From Candidatus Omnitrophota bacterium (lineage in GTDB: Bacteria; Omnitrophota; Gorgyraeia; Pluralincolimonadales; Pluralincolimonadaceae): DNA of 64,000 bases. The notes below the pieces were generated by a model. It did no database searches, was not told the DNA's origin, and saw only the letters and a list, made by a program, of their open reading frames with translations. The DNA lies in NCBI GenBank assembly GCA_003141835.1, contig PLNR01000002.1, positions 14,026 to 78,025 on the forward strand. The letters run 5' to 3'. Shown here in pieces: positions 1 to 8,185 of this stretch. The position numbers and the translations under genes were made by a program. Position 1 is the stretch's first letter, and the number at the start of each line of letters is the position of its first letter.

Positions 1-186
1 GCCTTTTGCGATAGCTTCTTTTACCCTGCCGTATACAGCGGTTTCTTTGTCATAATCCCTCTGTATCTCGTCCATGCTCCCGCCGACCTGCATAAGCGTC
101 CCAATGTTATAGGCGCGGCATGGTAGTTGTGGGTCAACTACCACCAAAAATACCGCCAAACCCAAAAGGATAAAATATCTTTTCAT
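1..186 (-). CDS. Exported hypothetical protein (N-terminal part; runs off window edge)
   Basis: Manual translation from ATG at 186: MKRYFILLGLAVFLVVVDPQLPCRAYNIGTLMQVGG..., signal-peptide-like, open to position 1, 3 nt downstream of the previous gene's stop. Confidence 0.7.
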   Translation of the reverse strand, partial: MKRYFILLGLAVFLVVVDPQLPCRAYNIGTLMQVGGSMDEIQRDYDKETAVYGRVKEAIAKG

Positions 187-189
187 GTC

Positions 190-1428
190 TTAGTCCGGAT
201 AATAGCCTGTGCCTACGACCCACCCGAAAGGCTTGAAGAGAAGGCTGTATCCCCTCTTTTTCAAGGGTTCGGCCGAGCCGGGCTTCGGGAACCAGTAATC
301 GGTATAACCGCCGCCCGGCTGCTTGCCGTGCGTGATTATCTCGCGGACATAATTTACGCCGTTTATGTTCGCGTCCAACCGGTTCTTGCCTTCGACTTTC
401 TTGTCACCGTACAAGACAACGTTGACGCCGGCGACCGTATCGGCCCAGAAATACCCCTTGCCGTCGTCGCCGTAGCGCATCTCCCTCAACAGGTTCGCGC
501 CCGTCTCCTTCGCCTGGTCAAGGGTCATGTTATCTTTTTTGGACCTGTCATATACCGCCTGGAGCGTGCTGACCGCCTGCTGCGTGGCGTTCTTTATGAC
601 CGCGTCCTGTTTATCGTTCGCCGAGAACTCTTTTGTCGCCACGACCAGCCGCCACTCGGTGCCGTGCAGGGCAATGGTAGTCCAGACTGCATTCTTCTTG
701 ACGGGTTTAGTGGTCCCCAGGTCGTAAAAATTGTACGAGCCCGAACCTGTCCTGTCCGCGGCGATCTTCCTGCCGAACGCTACCGTATCCGGGAACGGCT
801 CATAAAGAGGATCGCTGAATAACATCCTTCCTATCTGGTCCGGGTCCGGATCATAAAGAATGCGCCCGTCCTTCTGCATCACCCATACATACAGGGAGGA
901 GTCATTCGTCACCGACTTTATCACGGCCGAGAGCAGGTCTTCCGGCTTAAAAAGCAGGCTGACCGACCCGGCGAAATCTCCCCGGGCCGAAAAGACCGGC
1001 TCTTCTATGTCCGAGGCGTAAAAACCCTCGACCGACTTGAATGCGTCGCCCATGACAGGCCTGCGGGTCTTCTGGAGGCGGATCATCTGTTCCTGGCCGC
1101 TGACGTCCGAACCTTCGTATTTTTTGTATTCCCCCGGCTCGACGATCATCATTATCCCCTTGGCGTCGATGAACGAGCAATCGACCGTATAAGGGCTCGA
1201 TGCGGCGAGGCCGGCGATCGCCTTGCGCGCGTAATCGCCTCCGGCGCCTTCCTTCTGGACCTCCCTGACGGCGAAAAGGGCGTCGGAATCCATTTTAGCG
1301 AGGGTGTCGTTTATCTTGTCCTGGAGTTTCAGGATGATCTTCAGCGAAGCGTCATTTTCTGCGGCCTGCGCGGCGGCCAAAAGGAAGAATAAGAACACAA
1401 AACTGCACGCTAATATTGTCTTTTTCAT
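190..1428 (-). CDS. Secreted Cache-domain protein (dCache-like plus sCache_2-like), no output domain
   Basis: Signal peptide MKKTILACSF...AAQA with GGAGG RBS; dCache-like YVWVMQKDGRILYDPD and WRLVV; sCache_2-like MRYGDDGKGYFW...GGGYTDYWFPKPG...KKRGY...WVVGTGYY. Confidence 0.75.
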   Translation of the reverse strand: MKKTILACSFVFLFFLLAAAQAAENDASLKIILKLQDKINDTLAKMDSDALFAVREVQKEGAGGDYARKAIAGLAASSPYTVDCSFIDAKGIMMIVEPGEYKKYEGSDVSGQEQMIRLQKTRRPVMGDAFKSVEGFYASDIEEPVFSARGDFAGSVSLLFKPEDLLSAVIKSVTNDSSLYVWVMQKDGRILYDPDPDQIGRMLFSDPLYEPFPDTVAFGRKIAADRTGSGSYNFYDLGTTKPVKKNAVWTTIALHGTEWRLVVATKEFSANDKQDAVIKNATQQAVSTLQAVYDRSKKDNMTLDQAKETGANLLREMRYGDDGKGYFWADTVAGVNVVLYGDKKVEGKNRLDANINGVNYVREIITHGKQPGGGYTDYWFPKPGSAEPLKKRGYSLLFKPFGWVVGTGYYPD

Positions 1429-1501
1429 TTTTACCTCCGGGATATTAAGAAGTTTACCACCGTCGAAATGGATAGTCAATGGTAGAGCGGGATCTCTACC
1501 G

Positions 1502-1870
1502 CTAATAAGTGCCGGACCTTTTCATGTGCTCGTCCGAGATGCCGAAATAATGGGCGATCTCATGGATCACCGTGCGCCTGATAGCTTCTTTTATGTCGTC
1601 ATCGGTGCGGCAGGCGCGCTCGATGTTGTTCCTGAATATCGTTATCTTGTCGGGAAGGACGCTGCCGTAATAATGCGTCCTCTTCGATAGCGGGACGCCC
1701 TGGTACAGCCCCAGGAGGAATACGCTCTTCTTTTCGCCGGAACTCCTTATCTGCTCGATCGTCGGCTCTTCCTCTATGACTATGTCTATATTCTCGAGTT
1801 TTACCTGGAATTCCTCAGGCAGGCTCTCGGCCGCCTCGACGACAAGGGCCTCAAAGGATTTCGCGTCCAT
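1502..1870 (-). CDS. Minimal zincin-like metallopeptidase (Zincin_1/DUF1025 type)
   Basis: LLGLYQGVPL, PDKITIFR, TVIHEIAHYFG (HExxH). Confidence 0.85.
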   Translation of the reverse strand: MDAKSFEALVVEAAESLPEEFQVKLENIDIVIEEEPTIEQIRSSGEKKSVFLLGLYQGVPLSKRTHYYGSVLPDKITIFRNNIERACRTDDDIKEAIRRTVIHEIAHYFGISDEHMKRSGTY

Positions 1871-1873
1871 ATC

Positions 1874-2281
1874 TTACTTGCCGCTTTCCTTTTGGCTCAT
1901 TGCCTTCAACTCGTTCACTTCTTTCTTGAGCTCGTTGATCGATTCCGCGGTCTCCTTAGCGAGCTTATCGAGCGTTTCGGCCAGTTTAGCGATGCGCGCT
2001 TCCAATTCGTCAAATCTCCTCGCCGCATACGAATCCAATCCCTCGGTGATGACGGTCCCGTCCATCTTGTAGACCCTCATCCCCTGCGGCACCATCAGGT
2101 CCATCCCGCCGACCTTTATGTTCTGCATCCCCGGGTTGCCTGACGGAGCGCCGGTGATCGGATGCGACTGGTAAAAATCATAAGACCCTACGTGCTGGGA
2201 ATCGTAAGTTTCCTGGGCATAAATATGTCCCGCCGGTAAAACTAAAAATAAAACCGCGGCGAACGCGTATATTAGCTTCAT
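1874..2281 (-). CDS. Exported hypothetical protein with C-terminal coiled coil
   Basis: True start likely MKLIYAFAAVLFLVLPAGHIYA (ATGA overlap with the upstream stop); heptad-rich tail. Confidence 0.7.
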   Translation of the reverse strand: MKLIYAFAAVLFLVLPAGHIYAQETYDSQHVGSYDFYQSHPITGAPSGNPGMQNIKVGGMDLMVPQGMRVYKMDGTVITEGLDSYAARRFDELEARIAKLAETLDKLAKETAESINELKKEVNELKAMSQKESGK

Positions 2282-2991
2282 TTGGCCTCTCCCTGCGGAT
2301 GCAGCTTCTTCCATCTGTCGAGGAACAGGAAGTATACGCCCGGGCCGAAGGAAAGGAGCATTACTGAGATCCCAAGCGCTATGCCTATGAAAGTCGAAAA
2401 TCCCGCGCAGCAGTAATCCCTGCTCCTGGCGATGATATGCGTCGGGACCGCGACGAGTAATTCGAGGATGCTCCCCTTGAACATAAGCCTGCATTTCCGC
2501 TCCACGAAATTCCCGGGTTCGTATTTCTTGCTCCACCTGTAAAAGACCGCACCCCAGAGAAACCATACGGCAATAAACGAGATTATATATATCTGGACCG
2601 GCAGTATGGTCATCCACTTTTTGGCCTCGGAAATGTTTAAGCCGAGGATGAGCCAGGAGTAACCCTCCGGGCCTTTCATCACGGTTTCGGCGATAGCCGC
2701 ATAAATGCCGACGGCAAGCCCGGTCATTACAAAACTTATCGCAATAATAGAATAGATCACGGAGCGTTTCCTTACCGGGCGGCCGCTCCCCGTCTCGATC
2801 GGGATGCCCAATAACGCCGCCTGGCAGATGAGCATTACCGCGAACAACACCCAATACCTCAAGGATTCGATCACCTCAACCGCATTATTATAGGTAAGCG
2901 CGGGATAAAAAGCCGCGAGGATGACCGGCACGGTCAGGATGAATAGGATAACGCCGTAAAGCAGGACAACGATGATCGCGAAACGCTTCAT
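2278..2991 (-). CDS. Multi-pass membrane protein of unknown function
   Basis: About 6 hydrophobic segments; distinctive SILELLVAVPTHIIARSRDYCCAG; start MKRFAII overlaps the upstream stop. Confidence 0.75.
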   Translation of the reverse strand: MKRFAIIVVLLYGVILFILTVPVILAAFYPALTYNNAVEVIESLRYWVLFAVMLICQAALLGIPIETGSGRPVRKRSVIYSIIAISFVMTGLAVGIYAAIAETVMKGPEGYSWLILGLNISEAKKWMTILPVQIYIISFIAVWFLWGAVFYRWSKKYEPGNFVERKCRLMFKGSILELLVAVPTHIIARSRDYCCAGFSTFIGIALGISVMLLSFGPGVYFLFLDRWKKLHPQGEAK

Positions 2992-3254
2992 GTCTTGCCT
3001 CCTCTGTTTTTTACCATCACCGCCAGAATATATATGCAAAAAACAATGGTCACTGCGTTCGCGCAGATTATCGGGAGATTATTTATAATGATACCATAAA
3101 CCAGCCACAATAATATACCGATTGAAAATATCACATACATCGGCATCGACAGGTCGCGCGTATGGTGAGTCTTGTAGACCTTATACGCCTGCGGAAAGAA
3201 TGCGAATGTTGTGCACGCGGCGGCAGCGAGGCCGAGTATGGTTACGGTGTCCAT
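2988..3254 (-). CDS. SemiSWEET / PQ-loop sugar transporter
   Basis: 88 aa, 3 TM, TTFAFFPQAYK...TRDLS...LWLVYG...PIICAN. Confidence 0.9.
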   Translation of the reverse strand: MDTVTILGLAAAACTTFAFFPQAYKVYKTHHTRDLSMPMYVIFSIGILLWLVYGIIINNLPIICANAVTIVFCIYILAVMVKNRGGKT

Positions 3255-3260
3255 AGATTC

Positions 3261-3920
3261 TTATTCCTGATTTTTGTTCCCCACTGCAAACCGAGCACCT
3301 ATCTTAAAGGCTTTTTGGCAATCTTTGGAAAATACTTCTTTCCGTCTTTTTAGCTTCGCTTCAGGGTCGAACCGCGTCGCGACATACTTGGAATAGTCGT
3401 CGAACTGGTAGGTGTCAAAGCTCAAGAGCGTCTCGCTTGAACCGAAGATCCTTGTTAGGAAGTTTTCCGTGATCGCGAAACGCTGTTTATAACCTACTTC
3501 GTTCATCACCTTTTCGGTAACGCCCATCGTATAAATGAACCCTGTAGGGATCTTTTTGGGAAAAAGTGACTGCGGGGGATTGGTATACGTCAGGTACGGA
3601 AAGACCAGCCGCTCCATGAATGACTGCATCTCTCCGGTAATGCTTCCCAGGTATATGGGCGAGCCGAAGATAACGGCATCGGACTCCTCGACCCTTTTGA
3701 AGACGGGCTTAAGGACGTCATTAATTACGCATCTGCCGTAGCTTTTCCCGCCCTTTTCTTTGCAGGCAAAACAACTGATGCAGCCCTTATAGTCCAGGTC
3801 GTAGAGATGTATGAGCTCGGTCCCGGCGCCTTTCGATGCCGCGCCCTCAAGCGCCTTCTTAAGCAAGGTCGCCGTGTTCCATTCTTTTCTCGGGCTGCCG
3901 TTAAATGCGATAATTTTCAT
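3261..3920 (-). CDS. Iron-sulfur flavoprotein / NADPH-dependent FMN reductase (flavodoxin family)
   Basis: MKIIAFNGSPRKEWNT, CISCFAC...C, GSPIY, FMERL. Confidence 0.88.
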   Translation of the reverse strand: MKIIAFNGSPRKEWNTATLLKKALEGAASKGAGTELIHLYDLDYKGCISCFACKEKGGKSYGRCVINDVLKPVFKRVEESDAVIFGSPIYLGSITGEMQSFMERLVFPYLTYTNPPQSLFPKKIPTGFIYTMGVTEKVMNEVGYKQRFAITENFLTRIFGSSETLLSFDTYQFDDYSKYVATRFDPEAKLKRRKEVFSKDCQKAFKIGARFAVGNKNQE

Positions 3921-3928
3921 AGATATTA

Positions 3929-4144
3929 TTAGTCCCTCCAGAAATACAGCGCCGCGGTGAGGACGATACCGATAAGGTATGTGGCCAGCGATCCCGAGAA
4001 GAAATACGGATACGCCATTAGCGCGATCCCGATAGTCATTGTGCGCCACAGCGTATTCTTTTTGCCGTAAACGAACGCGACAAAACCTATCGCGCCGAAG
4101 ATAGAACAGGCGGCAATTTTGGCGAAATTAAAATCTCCGAACAT
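3929..4144 (-). CDS. Small membrane protein
   Basis: 71 aa hydrophobic, FGAIGFVAFVYGKK...LMAYPYF; GAGG RBS. Confidence 0.7.
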   Translation of the reverse strand: MFGDFNFAKIAACSIFGAIGFVAFVYGKKNTLWRTMTIGIALMAYPYFFSGSLATYLIGIVLTAALYFWRD

Positions 4145-4257
4145 AGCAATGCCTCTATCTCGTTCTACCTACATAACTTTAGCATCATCCTATAATTATA
4201 ATAGTACACTACTTACAGGATGGCATCTTTTAAGCCTCTAACTAATAGATTGAAAAA

Positions 4258-4968
4258 TTATATTGGCGTCGATACTTTCCAACGGCCATTAAACATTGCT
4301 AACATGCTCTGTCTAACGTCTTCTCCGAGCAACACTATAAAACTTTCTTTATTACCTAAAAAATTTAAACTATTTCCAGATAACCAAAAATGTTTCTCAT
4401 CAATTATATAACGATCATGCAATTCGCTACAATTATATATTTTGATTTCCACATTAAAACCCTCGGAATTAATATGGGCTAACTGTCTTTTAATTATCCC
4501 TGGAGGTTTATTATCGAGTCGCGCTGTAAGTAGTCTAATAGAGGCGGCCTTTTTAAAATTCCTGAAAATAACATCAAGTGTACCTATATCTACGTAAGGA
4601 TCGCATATAGAAACTTCTTTATACTTATCATCCAATATTTCTTTAATATTGTTTTTGGCAGAAAAAGGCTGATTGGCAGTAATAAATTGGATTTTCTTTT
4701 TTTGAATGACCTTTGCCAGTTCGTCTCTCCCCTTCTCCATTAATTTCCAACCGTCCTTATTCTTGTTACACATACCCTTATTTTTTTGAAGGACATAATC
4801 AACGGCCTGACGTGAAGTATCAAAATGAGCTTTTTCTATAAGGAAAGACGCGATTTCGGCAGATGAATATCTATCTTTTTTAGGGGTGGCTAAATACTCA
4901 ATAGCTTTATAAGCCTTCAGAGCTAACTCATCTATTCCATTAATTATACGTACTACATTATCTTCCAT
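4258..4968 (-). CDS. N-terminal wHTH-like plus C-terminal PLD-like (HDR-type) domain protein
   Basis: EVSICDPYV, IRLLT, ELHDRYIID, WLSGNSLN match the single-motif PLD/MIT_C-like fold; N-terminal SSAEIASFL...WKLMEKG is wHTH-like. Confidence 0.7.
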   Translation of the reverse strand: MEDNVVRIINGIDELALKAYKAIEYLATPKKDRYSSAEIASFLIEKAHFDTSRQAVDYVLQKNKGMCNKNKDGWKLMEKGRDELAKVIQKKKIQFITANQPFSAKNNIKEILDDKYKEVSICDPYVDIGTLDVIFRNFKKAASIRLLTARLDNKPPGIIKRQLAHINSEGFNVEIKIYNCSELHDRYIIDEKHFWLSGNSLNFLGNKESFIVLLGEDVRQSMLAMFNGRWKVSTPI

Positions 4969-4998
4969 AGCTCTATTGATACCCCAATGTTCCTCTTA

Positions 4999-5370
4999 TT
5001 ATTTTAAATTGTTAATGACTTCCCGAATCTTTAGATTAGGAATTTCATATTTAACCTTACCTATAAGTAGCCCTCTGTCTCGAAGCTTCTTAAAAAGAGG
5101 ATCTATGGTCCCTTTTTTTATGCGCGTTGCTTCATGAAACTCCTGAGCAGTGATCATTTCATCCTTAATCAGATTTTTAGCCTTAAGGAGTTTTTTTGCT
5201 AATCCATAAACCAATATTTTCTGCTCCGCTGTTAACTTTGTATCCTTAAAATAAATACTATTGTTCGCCTTCTGAATAGTTATATGAGGCCGAAGCGCCT
5301 CAACCACCTCGGATTCACTAAAGGGACCGTTATCAGAGAATAAATCAGTTATCGTTAGTTTTTCAGCCAT
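4999..5370 (-). CDS. wHTH-like hypothetical protein (paralog C)
   Basis: Strong RBS AAGGAGGAGG before MAEKL; ITAQEFHEATRIKKGTIDPLFKKLRDRGLL...YEIP. Confidence 0.75.
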   Translation of the reverse strand: MAEKLTITDLFSDNGPFSESEVVEALRPHITIQKANNSIYFKDTKLTAEQKILVYGLAKKLLKAKNLIKDEMITAQEFHEATRIKKGTIDPLFKKLRDRGLLIGKVKYEIPNLKIREVINNLK

Positions 5371-5473
5371 GACCTCCTCCTTAAATTTATTATTAATTTT
5401 TTCATATATCATTGCACTTAATCAACGCCATCCCATTTGCTATAGCCCTCTAATTAAAGAATTATCTTGCGAG

Positions 5474-5860
5474 CTATTCATTTATTTTTAGTAACTGTAT
5501 TGCTTTAGTTACTGCTTCTAAGGGAATAAAGTATTCTTTGCTATCTTTTAAAACAATATATTCCTTTCCCAGTGTCGTAAGCTGAGAAGCAACGGAAACC
5601 TGTTTTGCTGAAATCATCCTGGCTAATTCTTTATAATCAATAGTTTCTTTTTCTATGAGCCCCAAAATTAGGGAGGCTTTCTTGGCAAGCAAAGAGGCTA
5701 TTATTTTCTTTTTTATGTCTAACTTATTGCCTATTTCCGTCCATTGAATTCGACCTGTTTTTTCCTCAATTTGTAATAAGGGTTGAAGTGTCTTAGTCAA
5801 AAGCTCTTTATTCAAATCTTCTGTTTTTACTAAAAGTTTCTTTAAAGGCTCATTTTCCAT
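5474..5860 (-). CDS. wHTH-like hypothetical protein (paralog B)
   Basis: IDYKELARMISAKQVSVASQLTTL...YFIP; aligns by eye with paralogs A and C. Confidence 0.75.
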   Translation of the reverse strand: MENEPLKKLLVKTEDLNKELLTKTLQPLLQIEEKTGRIQWTEIGNKLDIKKKIIASLLAKKASLILGLIEKETIDYKELARMISAKQVSVASQLTTLGKEYIVLKDSKEYFIPLEAVTKAIQLLKINE

Positions 5861-5880
5861 TTCGATTTTCCTTTCATTAT

Positions 5881-6288
5881 TTAAATTTTTAATTTTCCTC
5901 TAATTGCTCTCACAAAATCTTGCATTTTCGCCAAACGGACTTTGTAAGAGCCGCGCGTCGTAGACTCTAATAATCCTTCATCTTTTAAAACAGAGGCATA
6001 GGCGGAAATTTTTTTAGCTTCAATTCCTAATCTTTTTTCCAATTCTTTCCAAGATACCTCAGAAGAAACATTCTCGTCAATATGCGCTAATAGAAATTGG
6101 CCTAGGCAATAAAGCGCTATTTGTTCTTTATCTGTTAATCTCGAGGTAAATTCGATTCGCACTTCTCTATTCTCCGGATCTATTTTTAGAACTCCCCGGC
6201 ATAGCTGTATTAGTTCTTTTGTAAGCGCCCCCCCTGTTTCCACTAAAGTAGACTCGATTAAATTCCTAATTTCATCTTTATTATCCAT
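5881..6288 (-). CDS. wHTH-like hypothetical protein (paralog A)
   Basis: RBS GGGAG before MDNK; VSWKELEKRLGIEAKKISAYASVLKDEGLL...GSYKV. Confidence 0.75.
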   Translation of the reverse strand: MDNKDEIRNLIESTLVETGGALTKELIQLCRGVLKIDPENREVRIEFTSRLTDKEQIALYCLGQFLLAHIDENVSSEVSWKELEKRLGIEAKKISAYASVLKDEGLLESTTRGSYKVRLAKMQDFVRAIRGKLKI

Positions 6289-6310
6289 TTTCCACTCCCT
6301 TTTAAAATTA

Positions 6311-6338
6311 ACTATACCACATATAATCAATTTGTCAA
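6311..6338 (-). promoter_or_regulatory. Sigma70-type promoter of the wHTH/PLD cluster
   Basis: TTGACA-16 nt-TATAGT with TG extended -10, 22 nt upstream of the ATG at 6288. Confidence 0.7.
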
Positions 6339-6507
6339 GAAAATTTTTTAAAACTACTTTCTTCGACTAAGAGTTGTTAAATTGTAAGTTGAAAAAATTT
6401 ATACTAGGGTAACAAAAAATGCCCCTCAGAAATGGTTTAGTGCCGTCTTATTTGACATCCCCTCGTGATTAAAACGGGCTATCACCTTGCAGGATGCATA
6501 GCTATTT

Positions 6508-7104
6508 TTATTTCTTTCTCCTTTTCATAAAAGCATCGAATTTCTTACTCAAAACAAATACATAATCACAAATTGCATTTGTAAAATCCAGGAGATCGCG
6601 AGAGTCTTCTCGGGATATCTTCTCTTCGGTTGCATGCGCTCCTATGTTTCTATGCAATCTTAGGGCATCTGACCACTCAAAGATCTTCTTATCAATAATT
6701 CCTTTTTTAAGTAACTCCTTTAGTCCTCCATGCAGCGCTTTTTCTTTAGTTTTATATTCTGAGCATATACATTCTAACGCCCTGCCGCACATTACAGCAC
6801 AAGCATTATATGCCTTTGATTTATAGCATAGATTTGCTTCTTCTATGGCCGCCTGAACAGGACCAGGGATACTCCAATCTAAGTATTTTTTGGGATCTGG
6901 CCATACTCTAGTTGCATCATCCCACTCCCATTTTTCTGAACTGATCTGAACAAATTCTTGACAACCAATTAAAGAACGTTTACAAGCAGGACATTCTACA
7001 AATGATATTTTATATCGAAACTCATCTTGCGGATCAACTTCTTCGTGCTGAGCTAATATTTTTGCATCTACTTTTGCTTCGCAATAATTGCATTCTATAA
7101 TCAT
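6508..7104 (-). CDS. DUF4145 (HEPN-like) protein with N-terminal Zn ribbon
   Basis: CNYC...CPAC; EANLCY...ACAVMCGRALE; LHRNIGAH (RxxxxH); GGAGGG RBS before MIIEC. Confidence 0.82.
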   Translation of the reverse strand: MIIECNYCEAKVDAKILAQHEEVDPQDEFRYKISFVECPACKRSLIGCQEFVQISSEKWEWDDATRVWPDPKKYLDWSIPGPVQAAIEEANLCYKSKAYNACAVMCGRALECICSEYKTKEKALHGGLKELLKKGIIDKKIFEWSDALRLHRNIGAHATEEKISREDSRDLLDFTNAICDYVFVLSKKFDAFMKRRKK

Positions 7105-7185
7105 ATTTCCCTCCGTTACATTATTATACTCTTTGTGCACTTATCTGCGAATCGAGAATACGTTATTCTTCCCCATTTAAAGACA

Positions 7186-7224
7186 ATAAAAAGCCATAAC
7201 TGATTATTTATCAAGTTATGGCTT
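7186..7224 (-). terminator. Intrinsic terminator downstream of the tRNA pair
   Basis: Minus strand AAGCCATAACT...AGTTATGGCTT stem followed by TTTATT. Confidence 0.7.
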
Positions 7225-7255
7225 CATCTGGTGCGTAACCAGTCGTTTTGATGCT

Positions 7256-7313
7256 TCATTCCTTGTCTAGACGCTCGAAATTAATATAATAATTTCGAGC
7301 AGACAAGGGATGA
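7256..7313. repeat. Long imperfect inverted repeat
   Basis: TCATTCCTTGTCT/AGACAAGGGATGA outer stem, 4-nt bulge, GCTCGAAATTA/TAATTTCGAGC inner stem. Confidence 0.8.
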
Positions 7314-7344
7314 TTCATTACTCCCTAAAATATTGAGGAATTCA

Positions 7345-7423
7345 TGGCGAGCCCGGAGGGATTTGAACCCTCGGTCTTCAGATCGACAATCTGACGTGCT
7401 AGACCAGACTGCACCACGGGCCC
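7345..7423 (-). tRNA. tRNA-Asp (GTC)
   Basis: GGGCCCG acceptor stem, anticodon arm TCAGA-TTGTCGA-TCTGA, GGTTCAAATCC T-arm, encoded CCA. Confidence 0.95.
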
Positions 7424-7438
7424 GCGTATATTTCAGAA

Positions 7439-7515
7439 TGGTGGGCGCTAGAGGACTTGAACCTCTGACCTGTAGAATGTAAATCTACCGCTCTAACCAG
7501 CTGAGCCAAGCGCCC
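7439..7515 (-). tRNA. tRNA-Val (TAC)
   Basis: GGGCGCT/AGCGCCC acceptor, GTAGA-TTTACAT-TCTAC anticodon arm, GGTTCAAGTCC, encoded CCA. Confidence 0.95.
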
Positions 7516-8185
7516 CTATATCCGACCACTTCTTCATGCCTTCGATCCAACCTTTTATCCTGCATTGAAGACGTGTATCGGAAATCACTATCTTAAATGT
7601 TCCTAGCGGCAGTGTATCTCTTTTGTTTTTGCTTGCCCTGCTGACGGCTAGATGCGCTTTATGAAATTGGTCTAAAGGTATGCCGCTGATTTGTGACCAA
7701 AATTTTTCGGCTTTTTCTTTATTTAAGTGCGGATGGATATGAACTCCACCGCGAAATTTAGCATCGTTTACTTTACAGATATCTTTAAAAAATTTCATCA
7801 TCAAGCGCACCATATGCGGGTCTGAATTAGTGAAAATTACCGTATTATTTCCTGCTTTCGACCCTTCTCCCCAATATAGCGCGCTGCCGACCGCTTTTAA
7901 GAGAGTATTCGAACATTCCGATGGGATTTCCTTGGTCGCGGAATTTTTAATATCTTTCCGGATTTTTCCCCACTTTTGCTTGGGGCTATTCGGGTGGTTC
8001 GCCGCAACTGCTCTTCCCTTATCCTGGTTCGATTTAAGCTTAGCTATCTGATCTTCGGTAAGGGGGATATCTTCAATCCACCTGCTGACAGCACCTTTCG
8101 AGCATTTGACGCGTTTCGTTATGGCTCGAAGCGACCAACCTTGCCTGCGAAGCTCTCTTGCAAGCTTTCTTTCTTCTGCTTTCAT
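7493..8185 (-). CDS. HTH plus LAGLIDADG-like putative homing endonuclease
   Basis: N-terminal HTH (LRRQGWSLRAI...SKGAVSRW); GSALYWGEGS helix followed by FTNSDP, KFW...IP; stop codon lies inside tRNA-Val. Confidence 0.7.
   Translation of the reverse strand: MKAEERKLARELRRQGWSLRAITKRVKCSKGAVSRWIEDIPLTEDQIAKLKSNQDKGRAVAANHPNSPKQKWGKIRKDIKNSATKEIPSECSNTLLKAVGSALYWGEGSKAGNNTVIFTNSDPHMVRLMMKFFKDICKVNDAKFRGGVHIHPHLNKEKAEKFWSQISGIPLDQFHKAHLAVSRASKNKRDTLPLGTFKIVISDTRLQCRIKGWIEGMKKWSDIGALGSAG

Larger units (their letters stand above)
4150..7340. other. AT-rich accessory islet adjacent to the tRNA-Asp 3' end
   Basis: Visible shift to AT-rich sequence and codon usage versus flanks; five non-housekeeping genes; no integrase and no att duplication found. 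Confidence 0.7.

Noticed and set aside
127-822. 231-aa plus-strand ORF and the many other antisense or overlapping ORFs in the track (e.g. 17015-17941, 19788-20672, 29842-30864, 61554-62435)
   Set aside because: They are shadows of well-supported genes on the opposite strand or frame, with no motifs or RBS
2282-2854. Long N-terminal extension of ORF 1874..2854
   Set aside because: It overlaps the membrane-protein gene in another frame; a signal-peptide start at 2281 fits better
4145-4260. Search for an attR-like duplication of the tRNA-Asp 3' end at the left edge of the AT-rich islet
   Set aside because: No convincing repeat and no integrase seen, so the islet is not called a mobile element
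7345-7515. Possible intron-containing or split tRNA associated with the LAGLIDADG-like gene
   Set aside because: Both tRNAs fold as contiguous cloverleaves with CCA; no group I intron core recognised
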